Positions 29,471-38,189 of a stretch of 64,000 nucleotides of DNA are shown here, in pieces. The notes under the pieces are model-generated. The model made no database searches, was not told the origin of the DNA, and saw only the letters and a list, made by a program, of their open reading frames with translations. This DNA comes from Actinomycetota bacterium (lineage in GTDB: Bacteria > Actinomycetota > Actinomycetes > S36-B12 > UBA5976). The DNA lies in assembly GCA_026392515.1 (NCBI GenBank), contig JAPLBY010000022.1:16869-80868 (forward strand), given 5' to 3'. Position 1 is the first letter of the stretch. Each line of letters opens with the position of its first letter. Position numbers and translations under genes: made by a program.

Positions 29471-30169
29471 TTAACTGCGTAACAATCGCTTGAATTCAAA
29501 GTCACCTGAAATAGCGCTTCCTACCTCAACCCAATCAGTTGTCTTTGGCACCGCATCAGGCCACTGTGGCGTGCCACCTACAGTAAGCGGCGAAATCGTT
29601 AGGTCGTACTCATCGATTGCATCTGCTTTGAGTAACTGCGCAAGCAAACTCGGGCCGCCTTCGCAAGTGACCTTACGTAGCCCAAGTTCAAATAGCTTTG
29701 CTATTAAGTTCGTAGCAAAACTTGAGGGATCTTCGTCAGGTAGTGGAATCACGTGCGCAATCTTTAACAGCGCGGCTGAAGGTGTTGTGCTTCCAGCATT
29801 GAAAACTATGGTTGGTTCCTGACCTCCGTTGAATAGCGGTGTATCTAGGTCAAATTCCAGACTTGAACTAACCACGGCAAGTCTTGGTTGCTCGCGACTG
29901 AGAAAAGCAAACTCGTCACGAGCTTTGGGTTGGCGATAGTTTTCATTTCGTGCTGTGTTAGCGCCAACTAAGACCACATCAGATAGCGCGCGAAGCAGTA
30001 ACAAAAGTTTTAAGTCACTGTCGCCAGTGAGGTCTCGAGACGAATCGCTTGGACCAACGAAGTGACCATCTTGGGAAATGATCATGTTTGCTCGAACCCA
30101 ATTTTGTGAATCTGATTCGTAATGCGCAGCGATGTCTGGAAGTGATGCCAGCTGTAGGTCCAAAATCAA
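29471..30169 (-). CDS. RibD C-terminal domain / dihydrofolate-reductase-family reductase
   Basis: Contains NMIISQDGHF, LRALSDVVLVGANTARNENY, CEGGPSLLAQLL and DEYDLTISPLTVGG. Confidence 0.75.
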   Translation of the reverse strand: MILDLQLASLPDIAAHYESDSQNWVRANMIISQDGHFVGPSDSSRDLTGDSDLKLLLLLRALSDVVLVGANTARNENYRQPKARDEFAFLSREQPRLAVVSSSLEFDLDTPLFNGGQEPTIVFNAGSTTPSAALLKIAHVIPLPDEDPSSFATNLIAKLFELGLRKVTCEGGPSLLAQLLKADAIDEYDLTISPLTVGGTPQWPDAVPKTTDWVEVGSAISGDFEFKRLLRS

Positions 30170-30197
30170 AAGATTTTCCTGACTTAGTTTTTCGTGA

Positions 30198-30274
30198 TGG
30201 TGGTCGATACAGGACTTGAACCTGTGACCTCTTCCATGTCAAGGAAGCGCGCTAGCCAACTGCGCCAATCGACC
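30198..30274 (-). tRNA. tRNA-Val (GAC)
   Basis: The reverse complement GGTCGATTGGCGCAGTTGGCTAGCGCGCTTCCTTGACATGGAAGAGGTCACAGGTTCAAGTCCTGTATCGACCACCA folds as a cloverleaf. Anticodon loop TTGACAT; 3' CCA encoded. Confidence 0.95.
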
Positions 30275-30328
30275 GTTGTGGAACGGATGTTTAGTTTTTT
30301 TACTTCGCTTACTCTTTGTGCACTAACG

Positions 30329-30399
30329 AGGTGGAGACGGGATTTGAACCCGTGTACAGGGATTTGCAGTCCCTTGCCTCGCCTCTCGGCCACTCCACC
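30329..30399 (-). tRNA. tRNA-Cys (GCA)
   Basis: Reverse complement GGTGGAGTGGCCGAGAGGCGAGGCAAGGGACTGCAAATCCCTGTACACGGGTTCAAATCCCGTCTCCACCT. Anticodon loop CTGCAAA; CCA not encoded. Confidence 0.93.
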
Positions 30400-30425
30400 G
30401 GGGTCGCCCAATGTGAGCTCTTCCG

Positions 30426-30497
30426 AGCGGATGACGGGATTCGAACCCGCGACCCTCACCTTGGCAAGGTGATGCTCTACCACTGAGCCACATCCGC
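30426..30497 (-). tRNA. tRNA-Gly (GCC)
   Basis: Reverse complement GCGGATGTGGCTCAGTGGTAGAGCATCACCTTGCCAAGGTGAGGGTCGCGGGTTCGAATCCCGTCATCCGCT. Anticodon loop TTGCCAA; CCA not encoded. Confidence 0.95.
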
Positions 30498-30521
30498 GTA
30501 CAGGCTTAACCTGACCCCGTT

Positions 30522-30550
30522 ACCTTAGCCCAATTACGGGATGGGTTCAA
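30522..30550 (-). promoter_or_regulatory. Candidate promoter of the tRNA Gly-Cys-Val operon
   Basis: On the minus strand: TTGAAC (30550-30545), 17-nt spacer, TAAGGT (30527-30522). It lies about 24 nt upstream of the tRNA-Gly 5' end. Confidence 0.35.
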
Positions 30551-30582
30551 AGTCAGCCCGAGAAGGTTCGTAAAATGGAGAC

Positions 30583-31662
30583 ATGACCCAGGGCCTGGCA
30601 GTTGCGATTTTTGGCAGCTTTATGGCGACAAACTTCGTTGAAGCAACTACTGATGTCAGCAAATTAGATGAAGCAGGTTGGTGGGCAGTAACCCAAACTT
30701 TCGAGGGCGAATTTCAGGCATTTCGATTCACTGACATAGAGCCGCTCAACTTGGAAAAGTTAGCCGAGCTGGGACACGATTTAAGTCATAACTCGATAGC
30801 CGTGCAAAACTGGACGTCGTCGATGTCAAGGTCTGAGTATGTCGATGCTGTTGAAAGCATTAGACAAGACATTTCGCGAGGTTGGGTTTATCAAGCAAAT
30901 TTATGCCGCGTACTAAGTGCGCCCATTGATGCAGATTTGAATGTAGTTGCATTTTGGAAATTGCTGGCCGAACACAACCCGGCACCTTACTTAAGCGCGC
31001 TTCAAGTTCCGGCATCGCTCTCTGGGTTGGCAAAAGATGTTCGCATCGTAAGCGCCTCACCAGAGCTGTTCCTTTCCCGCCATGATCAAGTTTTGCGATC
31101 TAGTCCGATTAAAGGGACTGCCCGAGTAGCCAGCGAGTTACTCGAAAAGGATCAAACTGAAAACATCATGATCGTTGATTTAGTGCGAAATGACCTTGGG
31201 CAAGTTTGTGAATCTGGTTCGGTGAAGGTTGTCGATCTTTTGCGACTCGAAGAACATCCAGGTCTTGTGCACTTGGTATCTGACGTAGAGGGAACTTTGC
31301 CCGTCGAATCTGGCTGGCGAGAAATTTTGGCTGCGTTAACACCACCAGGTTCAGTTAGTGGTGCTCCAAAAAGTAGTGCACTGGAAGTTATCCAACGACT
31401 TGAGAATAGTTCCCGGGGAATTTATTGCGGAGGATTTGGTTGGGTGAATGCCGATAACAAATCAGCCGAACTTGCAGTTGGAATTCGAACTTTCTGGCAA
31501 GAATTTTCGGCAGGCACTAAATCCCTAAACTTTGGAACTGGCGCCGGAATTACTTGGGCAAGTGATCCAGCTGGTGAATGGCAAGAAACTGAGTTGAAGG
31601 CCGAGCGCTTGCTATCAATTGCGGCCATGTCATCTGATGCAAAGATTGCAACTAACTCGTAG
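30583..31662 (+). CDS. Chorismate-binding enzyme, aminodeoxychorismate synthase component I-like (short form)
   Basis: Contains SASPELFL, SSPIKGT, ENIMIVDLVRNDLG, PPGSVSGAPK and RGIYCGGFGW. At 359 aa it is shorter than canonical PabB/TrpE. Confidence 0.8.
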   Translation: MTQGLAVAIFGSFMATNFVEATTDVSKLDEAGWWAVTQTFEGEFQAFRFTDIEPLNLEKLAELGHDLSHNSIAVQNWTSSMSRSEYVDAVESIRQDISRGWVYQANLCRVLSAPIDADLNVVAFWKLLAEHNPAPYLSALQVPASLSGLAKDVRIVSASPELFLSRHDQVLRSSPIKGTARVASELLEKDQTENIMIVDLVRNDLGQVCESGSVKVVDLLRLEEHPGLVHLVSDVEGTLPVESGWREILAALTPPGSVSGAPKSSALEVIQRLENSSRGIYCGGFGWVNADNKSAELAVGIRTFWQEFSAGTKSLNFGTGAGITWASDPAGEWQETELKAERLLSIAAMSSDAKIATNS

Positions 31663-31676
31663 ATAGGCTTATACCT

Positions 31677-32549
31677 ATGGCAGTTACACACTTTTGGATA
31701 AACGATGAACTCGTCCCAATCGCGGATGCCAAAGTTAGCGTTCTTGATCATGGATTCACCGTCGCTGACGGAGTATTCGAAACCTTATTGGTTAATGATG
31801 GAAAAGTATTTGCGATTGATCGGCATTTAGCTCGCCTAGCCAAATCTGCCTCAGGTCTAGGTATAGCAATGCCAGATGTATCTGCAATCAACAAAGGTAT
31901 CTCGCAAGTTTTGACGGGTAATCCATCCATCGATTTCGGCCGACTTCGAATAACTGTTACAAGTGGCGCTGGTCCGTTGGGATCTGACCGCACTTCTACT
32001 TCGGCAACTCTGGTCATTTCGCTAGCCGAACAAGCAGCTTGGCCAGCCAGCACCAAAATTCTTTTGGTGCCATGGACTCGCAATGAGAATTCGCCACTTG
32101 CTGGCTTAAAGACGACGTCCTATGCCGAAAATGTTTACGCATTAGATGCCGCAAAGCGTCACGGATTTTCCGAAGCAGTCTTTTGTGACACTTCTGGACG
32201 GCTGTGTGAAGGAACCGGCTCCAACGTTTTCCTTGTTAAGGACGATCAGATCTTCACGCCATCAGATGCCAGTGGATTGTTGCGGGGGATCACACGGGAT
32301 TTGGTTATTGAGTGGGCCAACCACTCAGGCTTCACGGTTGTTGAGAGAGACGTTAATCCGATGGAACTGTGGGATGCTGATGAAGTGTTCATAACTTCCT
32401 CAACTAGAGACGTTCATCCAGTATCTGAATTGGCAAAGCTAGATGTCTCAGGAAATGTTGTAGAGCGCAGGACTTTAGCGCCGGGGTTGGTTACCGAAAA
32501 ACTGGGTAACATTTTTTCGACCCTGAGAGCAGAGAAAATCAATCCATGA
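31677..32549 (+). CDS. Class IV aminotransferase / aminodeoxychorismate lyase-like
   Basis: Contains DHGFTVADGVFETL, LKTTSY, EGTGSNVF and GITR. Adjacent to the pabB-like gene. Confidence 0.8.
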   Translation: MAVTHFWINDELVPIADAKVSVLDHGFTVADGVFETLLVNDGKVFAIDRHLARLAKSASGLGIAMPDVSAINKGISQVLTGNPSIDFGRLRITVTSGAGPLGSDRTSTSATLVISLAEQAAWPASTKILLVPWTRNENSPLAGLKTTSYAENVYALDAAKRHGFSEAVFCDTSGRLCEGTGSNVFLVKDDQIFTPSDASGLLRGITRDLVIEWANHSGFTVVERDVNPMELWDADEVFITSSTRDVHPVSELAKLDVSGNVVERRTLAPGLVTEKLGNIFSTLRAEKINP

Positions 32550-33007
32550 AGACTGAGTCCAAAGTAGCCAAGCCGCGTAAAAATTTGGCTGATCGTCTAT
32601 ATGGCAACTACATGGGTAGACGAAATGCAGCCCGTTCTAATCGCGCTTTAGATGCAACATGGCGTGGCATTATTTTGGTTGTCGGCTTAACAATGGTTGG
32701 GCTAGGCGTTTTCTTCTTGCTGTTCCCAGGACCTGGTTGGGCCGTAATTATCATCGGGCTTATCGTACTAGCGACGGAATACGCTTGGGCCCAGAGAATC
32801 TTGAATCCAGTTCGCGAGTTTTCTTCACGAATCGCTCGCTTAGTAGTTAGCCAGGAGTACCGCACCAAGCGTAGCAACATCATCTTGATCATTACGATCG
32901 TCATTGTCACGATTGCATATGCATATTGGGCTAAATGGGGCGCAACCATGAAAGGCTTCGAACCGATATTGGTTCCGATTGAAAATCTCTTCAACCTAGA
33001 AATCTAG
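32546..33007 (+). CDS. PGPGW-motif transmembrane protein (TIGR02611-like)
   Basis: Contains FPGPGWAVIIIGLIVLATEYAWAQR and flanking TM helices. Confidence 0.75.
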   Translation: MKTESKVAKPRKNLADRLYGNYMGRRNAARSNRALDATWRGIILVVGLTMVGLGVFFLLFPGPGWAVIIIGLIVLATEYAWAQRILNPVREFSSRIARLVVSQEYRTKRSNIILIITIVIVTIAYAYWAKWGATMKGFEPILVPIENLFNLEI

Positions 33008-33101
33008 TTCTGGTTCCAGACTCTCGCTAGCGAGTAAATATATGGCCATTTGCCTTTGCTCCCGTAGACTTTGAGGGTTACCGTTTGAAAAGGAACGCTC
33101 C

Positions 33102-35108
33102 GTGCCACAAGTTCTCGTAGGACCCGATCGAATCTCAACTGAGATCGATGCTGGCGCCTGCGCTTACGACGTCGTAGGGGATAAGGCCCGCCAAGTTGTA
33201 GTGGCCCGCGTCAATGGTGAAATCGTTGATTTAAGTCACCCGCTTGCAGATGGCGATGCCGTTGAACCAATCCTGATTAGTGATCCTGAAGGACTTTCGG
33301 TTCTGCGGCACAGTGTCGCACACATCGTGGCGCAGGCTACCCAAGCGATCTTTGATGACGTCAAACTCGGAATTGGTCCGCCAATTAAAGATGGCTTCTT
33401 TTACGACTTTGGCACGACCCGAACTTTCACGCCCGATGATCTAGCGACGATCGAAAAGAAGTGTGTTGAGATTATCAACTCAGGACAAAAATTCTCACGT
33501 CGCGTAACTAATCGCGAAGCTGCGCGTTCCGAATTAAGTAATGAACCTTTCAAGATTCGTTTGTTAGGTGCTGACGAAGATGCAACTGTTATGTCTGAGG
33601 ATGTAATGGAAGTCGGCGGCGGCGAACTAACGATTTATGACAACATCGATCTTCGCAGTGGTGAACTTCGTTGGTGCGATTTATGTCGTGGTCCACACGT
33701 ACCCGACACTCGTTACATTGATGCTCGCGCCATCAAGTTAATGCGTACTTCAGCTGCTTATTGGCTGGGCGATCAAAAGAACGAATCGATGCAGCGAGTT
33801 TATGGAACGGCTTTGCCAACTAAAGATGGCTTAAAGCAGTACTTGAACATGTTGGAAGAAGCTGAGAAGCGCGATCATCGTCGACTTGGTGTTGATTTAG
33901 ATCTCTTCTCATTCCCAGACGAAATCGGTTCCGGCCTTGCAGTATTCCATCCCAAGGGTGGAGTCATCCGCCGACAAATGGAAGATTACTCGCGCATCCG
34001 TCACGAAAATGCTGGCTATCAATTTGTGTACACACCGCACATTACAAAGGGTGCATTGTTTGAGCAGTCAGGTCACTTGGATTGGTATCGCGAAGGAATG
34101 TTCCCAGCGATGCATCTTGATGAAGAGTTGCATGAAGATGGCACAGTTAAGCGCCAAGGTCAGGATTACTACCTAAAGCCAATGAACTGCCCATTCCACA
34201 ACTTGATTTACAAGTCACGTGGTCGTTCTTATCGCGAGTTGCCGTTACGTCTCTTTGAATTTGGATCGGTTTATCGTTACGAACGTTCCGGTGTTATCCA
34301 TGGCTTAACTCGAGTTCGCGGTATGACGCAAGATGATGCTCATATTTATTGCACCCCAGAACAAATGGGTGGGGAATTGCAAAACCTATTAGGTTTCGTA
34401 TTGGACCTGTTGCGCGATTACGGTCTGGATGATTTCTATCTAGAGCTTTCAACTCGCAATCCCGAGAAATCTATTGGAACTGAAGCTGAGTGGGAGCAGG
34501 CAACTGCAGCACTTGCTGAAGCAGCACAAAAGTCTGGATTAGAACTAGTTCCAGATCCAGGCGGCGCTGCTTTCTATGGTCCAAAAATCTCTGTACAAGC
34601 TCGCGATGCAATTGGTCGCACCTGGCAGATGTCCACAATCCAGGTGGACTTCCAGTTGCCACAGCGATTCGAATTGGAATACCAGGCATCGGACGGCACT
34701 CGCAGTCGCCCAATCATGATCCACCGTGCATTGTTCGGTTCAATCGAACGCTTCTTTGGAGTTTTGCTGGAGCATTACGCCGGCGCATTCCCACCATGGC
34801 TAGCTCCAGTGCAAGTAGTTGGCATTCCAATTGCCGGAGCGCATGTTGATTACTTGGAAGATGTTGCTACGCAACTTCGAGCTAAAGGTATTCGGGTTGA
34901 AGTAGATGGCTCAGACGAACGGATGCAAAAGAAGATCCGAACCGCACAAACTCAAAAAGTTCCGTTCATGCTGATTGCCGGAGACGAAGATATTGCTGCT
35001 GGCGCCGTTTCTTTCCGATATCGTGACGGCACGCAAGAGAACGCTGTGCCGGTAGCCGATGCGATTAACAAGATCGCCGAGATTGTCACCTCGCGCGTTC
35101 AAATCTGA
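33102..35108 (+). CDS. thrS: Threonine--tRNA ligase
   Basis: GTG start with AAGGA upstream. TGS domain, class II motifs ([34 protein letters not shown]) and an anticodon-binding domain. Confidence 0.97.
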   Translation: MPQVLVGPDRISTEIDAGACAYDVVGDKARQVVVARVNGEIVDLSHPLADGDAVEPILISDPEGLSVLRHSVAHIVAQATQAIFDDVKLGIGPPIKDGFFYDFGTTRTFTPDDLATIEKKCVEIINSGQKFSRRVTNREAARSELSNEPFKIRLLGADEDATVMSEDVMEVGGGELTIYDNIDLRSGELRWCDLCRGPHVPDTRYIDARAIKLMRTSAAYWLGDQKNESMQRVYGTALPTKDGLKQYLNMLEEAEKRDHRRLGVDLDLFSFPDEIGSGLAVFHPKGGVIRRQMEDYSRIRHENAGYQFVYTPHITKGALFEQSGHLDWYREGMFPAMHLDEELHEDGTVKRQGQDYYLKPMNCPFHNLIYKSRGRSYRELPLRLFEFGSVYRYERSGVIHGLTRVRGMTQDDAHIYCTPEQMGGELQNLLGFVLDLLRDYGLDDFYLELSTRNPEKSIGTEAEWEQATAALAEAAQKSGLELVPDPGGAAFYGPKISVQARDAIGRTWQMSTIQVDFQLPQRFELEYQASDGTRSRPIMIHRALFGSIERFFGVLLEHYAGAFPPWLAPVQVVGIPIAGAHVDYLEDVATQLRAKGIRVEVDGSDERMQKKIRTAQTQKVPFMLIAGDEDIAAGAVSFRYRDGTQENAVPVADAINKIAEIVTSRVQI

Positions 35109-35115
35109 GATTTAA

Positions 35116-35634
35116 ATGTCAACTGATCCTCGTGGCCCGCATGCTTGGGATCGACTATGGGCGCCGCATCGCAAAGAATATTTAGCAGATGAGGCTGGAA
35201 ATTTCGATGCTGATTCTTGTCCATTTTGTATTGCTCAAGGAGTTTCGGATTCTGAAGGCTTAGTTGTGGTTCGGCGCAGTGCGACATTTGTTGTCATGAA
35301 TAAGTATCCGTACAACAGTGGACACTTACTGGTTTGCACTAATCGACATGTCCCGCTTTATGACGAACTCACACCCGAAGAAGTAATTCAAATCGGTGAA
35401 CTCACTGCGCAGGCTATGCGAACACTACGAACCGTTGCTAACGCTGCTGGATTCAACATTGGATTGAATCAAGGCAATGTGGCGGGTGCAGGAGTGGCAG
35501 ACCACATTCATCAGCACATCGTGCCGCGTTGGGCTGGCGACATAAACTTCATGCCAATTGTTGGTGGCACAAAAGTATTGCCGGAATTAATTGAACAGAC
35601 CCGGTTGCTGTTATCAGAAAGTTGGAGCGACTAA
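35116..35634 (+). CDS. HIT-family nucleotide hydrolase/phosphorylase (Rv2613c-like)
   Basis: Histidine triad HIHQHIVPRW and an N-terminal CPFC motif. Confidence 0.85.
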   Translation: MSTDPRGPHAWDRLWAPHRKEYLADEAGNFDADSCPFCIAQGVSDSEGLVVVRRSATFVVMNKYPYNSGHLLVCTNRHVPLYDELTPEEVIQIGELTAQAMRTLRTVANAAGFNIGLNQGNVAGAGVADHIHQHIVPRWAGDINFMPIVGGTKVLPELIEQTRLLLSESWSD

Positions 35635-36648
35635 TACTGCGGTTGAGTCTTCGGTTGCAATAGAAGAGCCGGGCGTTAATCCACTGGTAAGTGTTACAAC
35701 TTGATTAGATTCAACAATCTTTAATTGCTTAACGGTACCAGAAACCTTTTCAAAGAGATCCAAGTTTTCATTCGGCCCCCACATGCGAGCTAAATCTTCA
35801 GTGATTGATATTCCTACACGGTCGGTTGCTTCATAGGCATCGCAGGAAACCTCGGCCAAGTTAAGTACTGGGACCCAAACCGGTTGCAGAATCGACATCC
35901 AATTGCTGAAAGTATTAACGCCAACCCCATCGTCAATCGGAGTTATTGTGACTACGTCTGGATGTAACCAGGCTGCTTCAAGTTTTGTAACGCTAATTGG
36001 CAAACCGGAAGTGTGGTTCTCCAGAGTTAAATCATCCAGGCCAAGGTAAGCCAGTTGATCGAACAAATCCTCGCGAGCAGAACTGGTGATTGCAATGTGT
36101 TCTGGGTCAGCAGCCTTGGTAATCCAATTAGCATCAACTAAGGCATGGATTTCGCTGGTGAGAATGTCATAGACGCCGGTTAACGAAAGTTCATCATCCG
36201 AATCGATAGGCAAGTAGCGAACTAGTAGGTCTGGCTCTAGAACTCGGCTAGCGATGGCGCACAATTCATCAAAGTCAGCGCGACCGTTTACGACATTGAA
36301 CGCCAAAATGTGTCGGGGTAACGTCGCATCGCGCGCACCTGACCAGAATTCAACAATTTTTGGATCTACTCCAGCGGCGCCATCTAACGACGCAACAAAG
36401 GCATCGCAGGAATCCAGAATTCTATGGTCGGCTTGGGATGGTCGATGCACGATTACAACCACATTTGGAAGTTTTTCGAATGTGGCAAAAGGTGAGGTGT
36501 CGCTTACAGGCCGTGCCCCCATGTTGGCGTAAACCTGTGCCAGGTCCGATGTTTCAGAGGTGATTACATAGATCAATACGTGCGGGTGCCCTGAGTGCAC
36601 ATCGGAACTAGGTAACATCGTCATATCCCTACGAATAGTAGCGGCCAT
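35614..36648 (-). CDS. EF-G-like pseudo-GTPase (G, G' and domain II only; nucleotide-binding motifs lost)
   Basis: By-eye alignment to the EF-G G domain. VVVIVHRPSQADH...SLDGAAGVDPKIVEFWSGARDATLPRHILAFNVVNGRADF...YLPI compares with [12 protein letters not shown]...VLDGA..VFD...GVEPQSE.VWRQA.KY.VPRI.F.NKMD..GADF...LPIG. The G1/G3/G4 motifs are replaced by VITSETSD, HRPSQ and NVVN. The start could be ATG 36648, 36624 or 36618. Confidence 0.65.
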   Translation of the reverse strand: MAATIRRDMTMLPSSDVHSGHPHVLIYVITSETSDLAQVYANMGARPVSDTSPFATFEKLPNVVVIVHRPSQADHRILDSCDAFVASLDGAAGVDPKIVEFWSGARDATLPRHILAFNVVNGRADFDELCAIASRVLEPDLLVRYLPIDSDDELSLTGVYDILTSEIHALVDANWITKAADPEHIAITSSAREDLFDQLAYLGLDDLTLENHTSGLPISVTKLEAAWLHPDVVTITPIDDGVGVNTFSNWMSILQPVWVPVLNLAEVSCDAYEATDRVGISITEDLARMWGPNENLDLFEKVSGTVKQLKIVESNQVVTLTSGLTPGSSIATEDSTAVLVAPTF

Positions 36649-37284
36649 TTGGCAGTAGAGGAATTTATCGTGCTTGATAACGCAAACGCGCGTCGTTCAG
36701 CCGCTCGATTTATTGACCCTGTTGCCAGGCTTATGTTGCGACTGAAGGTAACCCCAGATGGAATTACCTGGTTTGGTTGCGGCGCAACAATTTTCATTTC
36801 AGTGGTTTTTTTGGCACAAGGCAATTTCCTGATCGGTGCAATCTTGTTTGGCGCTTTTGGTTTGATTGACCTGCTAGATGGAACTATGGCGCGCATGCTT
36901 GGCACTGCTGGGCCTTGGGGCGCATTTTTAGACTCGACTTTGGATCGAATATCGGACGCCGCAGTTATCTGTGCATTGATCTACTTCTATGTCAACGCCG
37001 ATAGCAGCAACAGCCAACTAGCCGTGATCGCTGGAATTGTGTCATTGGTTATGAGTTTGATGACTTCATATGCTCGTGCCAAAGCTGAGTCACTAGATGC
37101 CAAGTGCACAGTAGGAATTGCAGAGCGGGCCGAACGCAACTTATTGATTTGGATTTCGCTACTTGTCTCAGCTTTAGTAACCGATGTAATGCCATATGCT
37201 TTAGCAGCACTTGCGGTACTTTCAACGATTACCGTAATTCAACGCATTTTGTTCGTACGAAAACAACTGGTGATAAAAGCGTGA
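36649..37284 (+). CDS. pgsA: CDP-alcohol phosphatidyltransferase (phosphatidylinositol-phosphate synthase PgsA1-like)
   Basis: Motif DLLDGTMARMLGTAGPWGAFLDSTLDRISD (D-G-x2-A-R...D-x3-D). TTG 36649 is the longest start; GTG 36670 is possible. Confidence 0.85.
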   Translation: MAVEEFIVLDNANARRSAARFIDPVARLMLRLKVTPDGITWFGCGATIFISVVFLAQGNFLIGAILFGAFGLIDLLDGTMARMLGTAGPWGAFLDSTLDRISDAAVICALIYFYVNADSSNSQLAVIAGIVSLVMSLMTSYARAKAESLDAKCTVGIAERAERNLLIWISLLVSALVTDVMPYALAALAVLSTITVIQRILFVRKQLVIKA

Positions 37285-38189
37285 AATCGCTACTTGTTGA
37301 TTTTGGGTTTTGGCTTGGCTGGAATGCGCTTTGGATTATGCCAACTCGCTGGGCTTACTATCTTTTCGGTAAAGCAGCTCAGATTGTTTGGCGCAGAGAA
37401 CTTAACGCGATCAAGCAACTCGAATTGAATTTGGCGCGAGTACTTGGATGCGTAGTTAGCGATCCAAGAATTCGACCGCTTAGCTTAATAACCATTCAAA
37501 GTTATATGCGCTATTACTGTGAAACTTTTATGTTGCCTAGGTGGTCAGATGAGCAATTGCTTGGTCGTGTCCGTGCCGAAAATTCCGAAGTTGTTCTTGA
37601 CGCGCTGAAATCCGGCGGCGCGGTTTTAACGCTGCCACATTTAGCAAACTGGGATTGGGCTGGCGCTTGGGCTGCGCGCTATTTCGGATCCTTGTGCACG
37701 GTTGCCGAACGCCTGCGTCCTGAGGGCGTATTCCAAAAGTTTCTTAAAGCACGTGAATCTCGCGGTATAACTCTGATGCCGTTGTCAGGTGAGGGCGGAA
37801 CGTACGAGTTCTTGCGGGAACACGTGAATCAAGGTCGACTGGTTGCGCTGCTAGGTGATCGCGATGTTGCCAAGAGTGGAATGAGTAACGAATTCTTTGG
37901 TCATCGCGCCCCATTACCAATTGGCGCGGCATTATTGGCGCTAGATACCGGCCGACCGCTCTTTACTTGTGCACCTTGGTATGACGGCGAAAATCTAGTT
38001 ATCACGTTTGATGATGAAGTGGTTTTTGATCGAAGTCCGGTACAGGGTCGAGATCGCTTGCGACGTGCTCAAGAGATTACAAAACTTGTGGCAGCAAATT
38101 TCGAGAAACATATCTCGGCACATCCAGATAATTGGCACCAACTGCAGCCAGTGTGGCCAGACTTAGTTTTCCAAGAGGCAACCTCATGA
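37281..38189 (+). CDS. Phosphatidylinositol mannoside acyltransferase (LpxL/HtrB-type, Rv2611c-like)
   Basis: HX4D motif HLANWD. GTG 37281 overlaps the pgsA stop (GTGA). The ORF-track extension to 37104 overlaps pgsA and is rejected. Confidence 0.8.
   Translation: MKSLLVDFGFWLGWNALWIMPTRWAYYLFGKAAQIVWRRELNAIKQLELNLARVLGCVVSDPRIRPLSLITIQSYMRYYCETFMLPRWSDEQLLGRVRAENSEVVLDALKSGGAVLTLPHLANWDWAGAWAARYFGSLCTVAERLRPEGVFQKFLKARESRGITLMPLSGEGGTYEFLREHVNQGRLVALLGDRDVAKSGMSNEFFGHRAPLPIGAALLALDTGRPLFTCAPWYDGENLVITFDDEVVFDRSPVQGRDRLRRAQEITKLVAANFEKHISAHPDNWHQLQPVWPDLVFQEATS

Noticed and set aside
30184-30483. Two ORFs (99 aa minus, 92 aa plus) spanning the tRNA cluster
   Set aside because: They are fully explained by three canonical tRNAs, so the ORFs are chance open frames.
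37104-37280. Upstream extension of the acyltransferase ORF overlapping pgsA
   Set aside because: It overlaps the well-supported pgsA frame. GTG 37281 gives GTGA coupling, and the family-typical N-terminus starts there.
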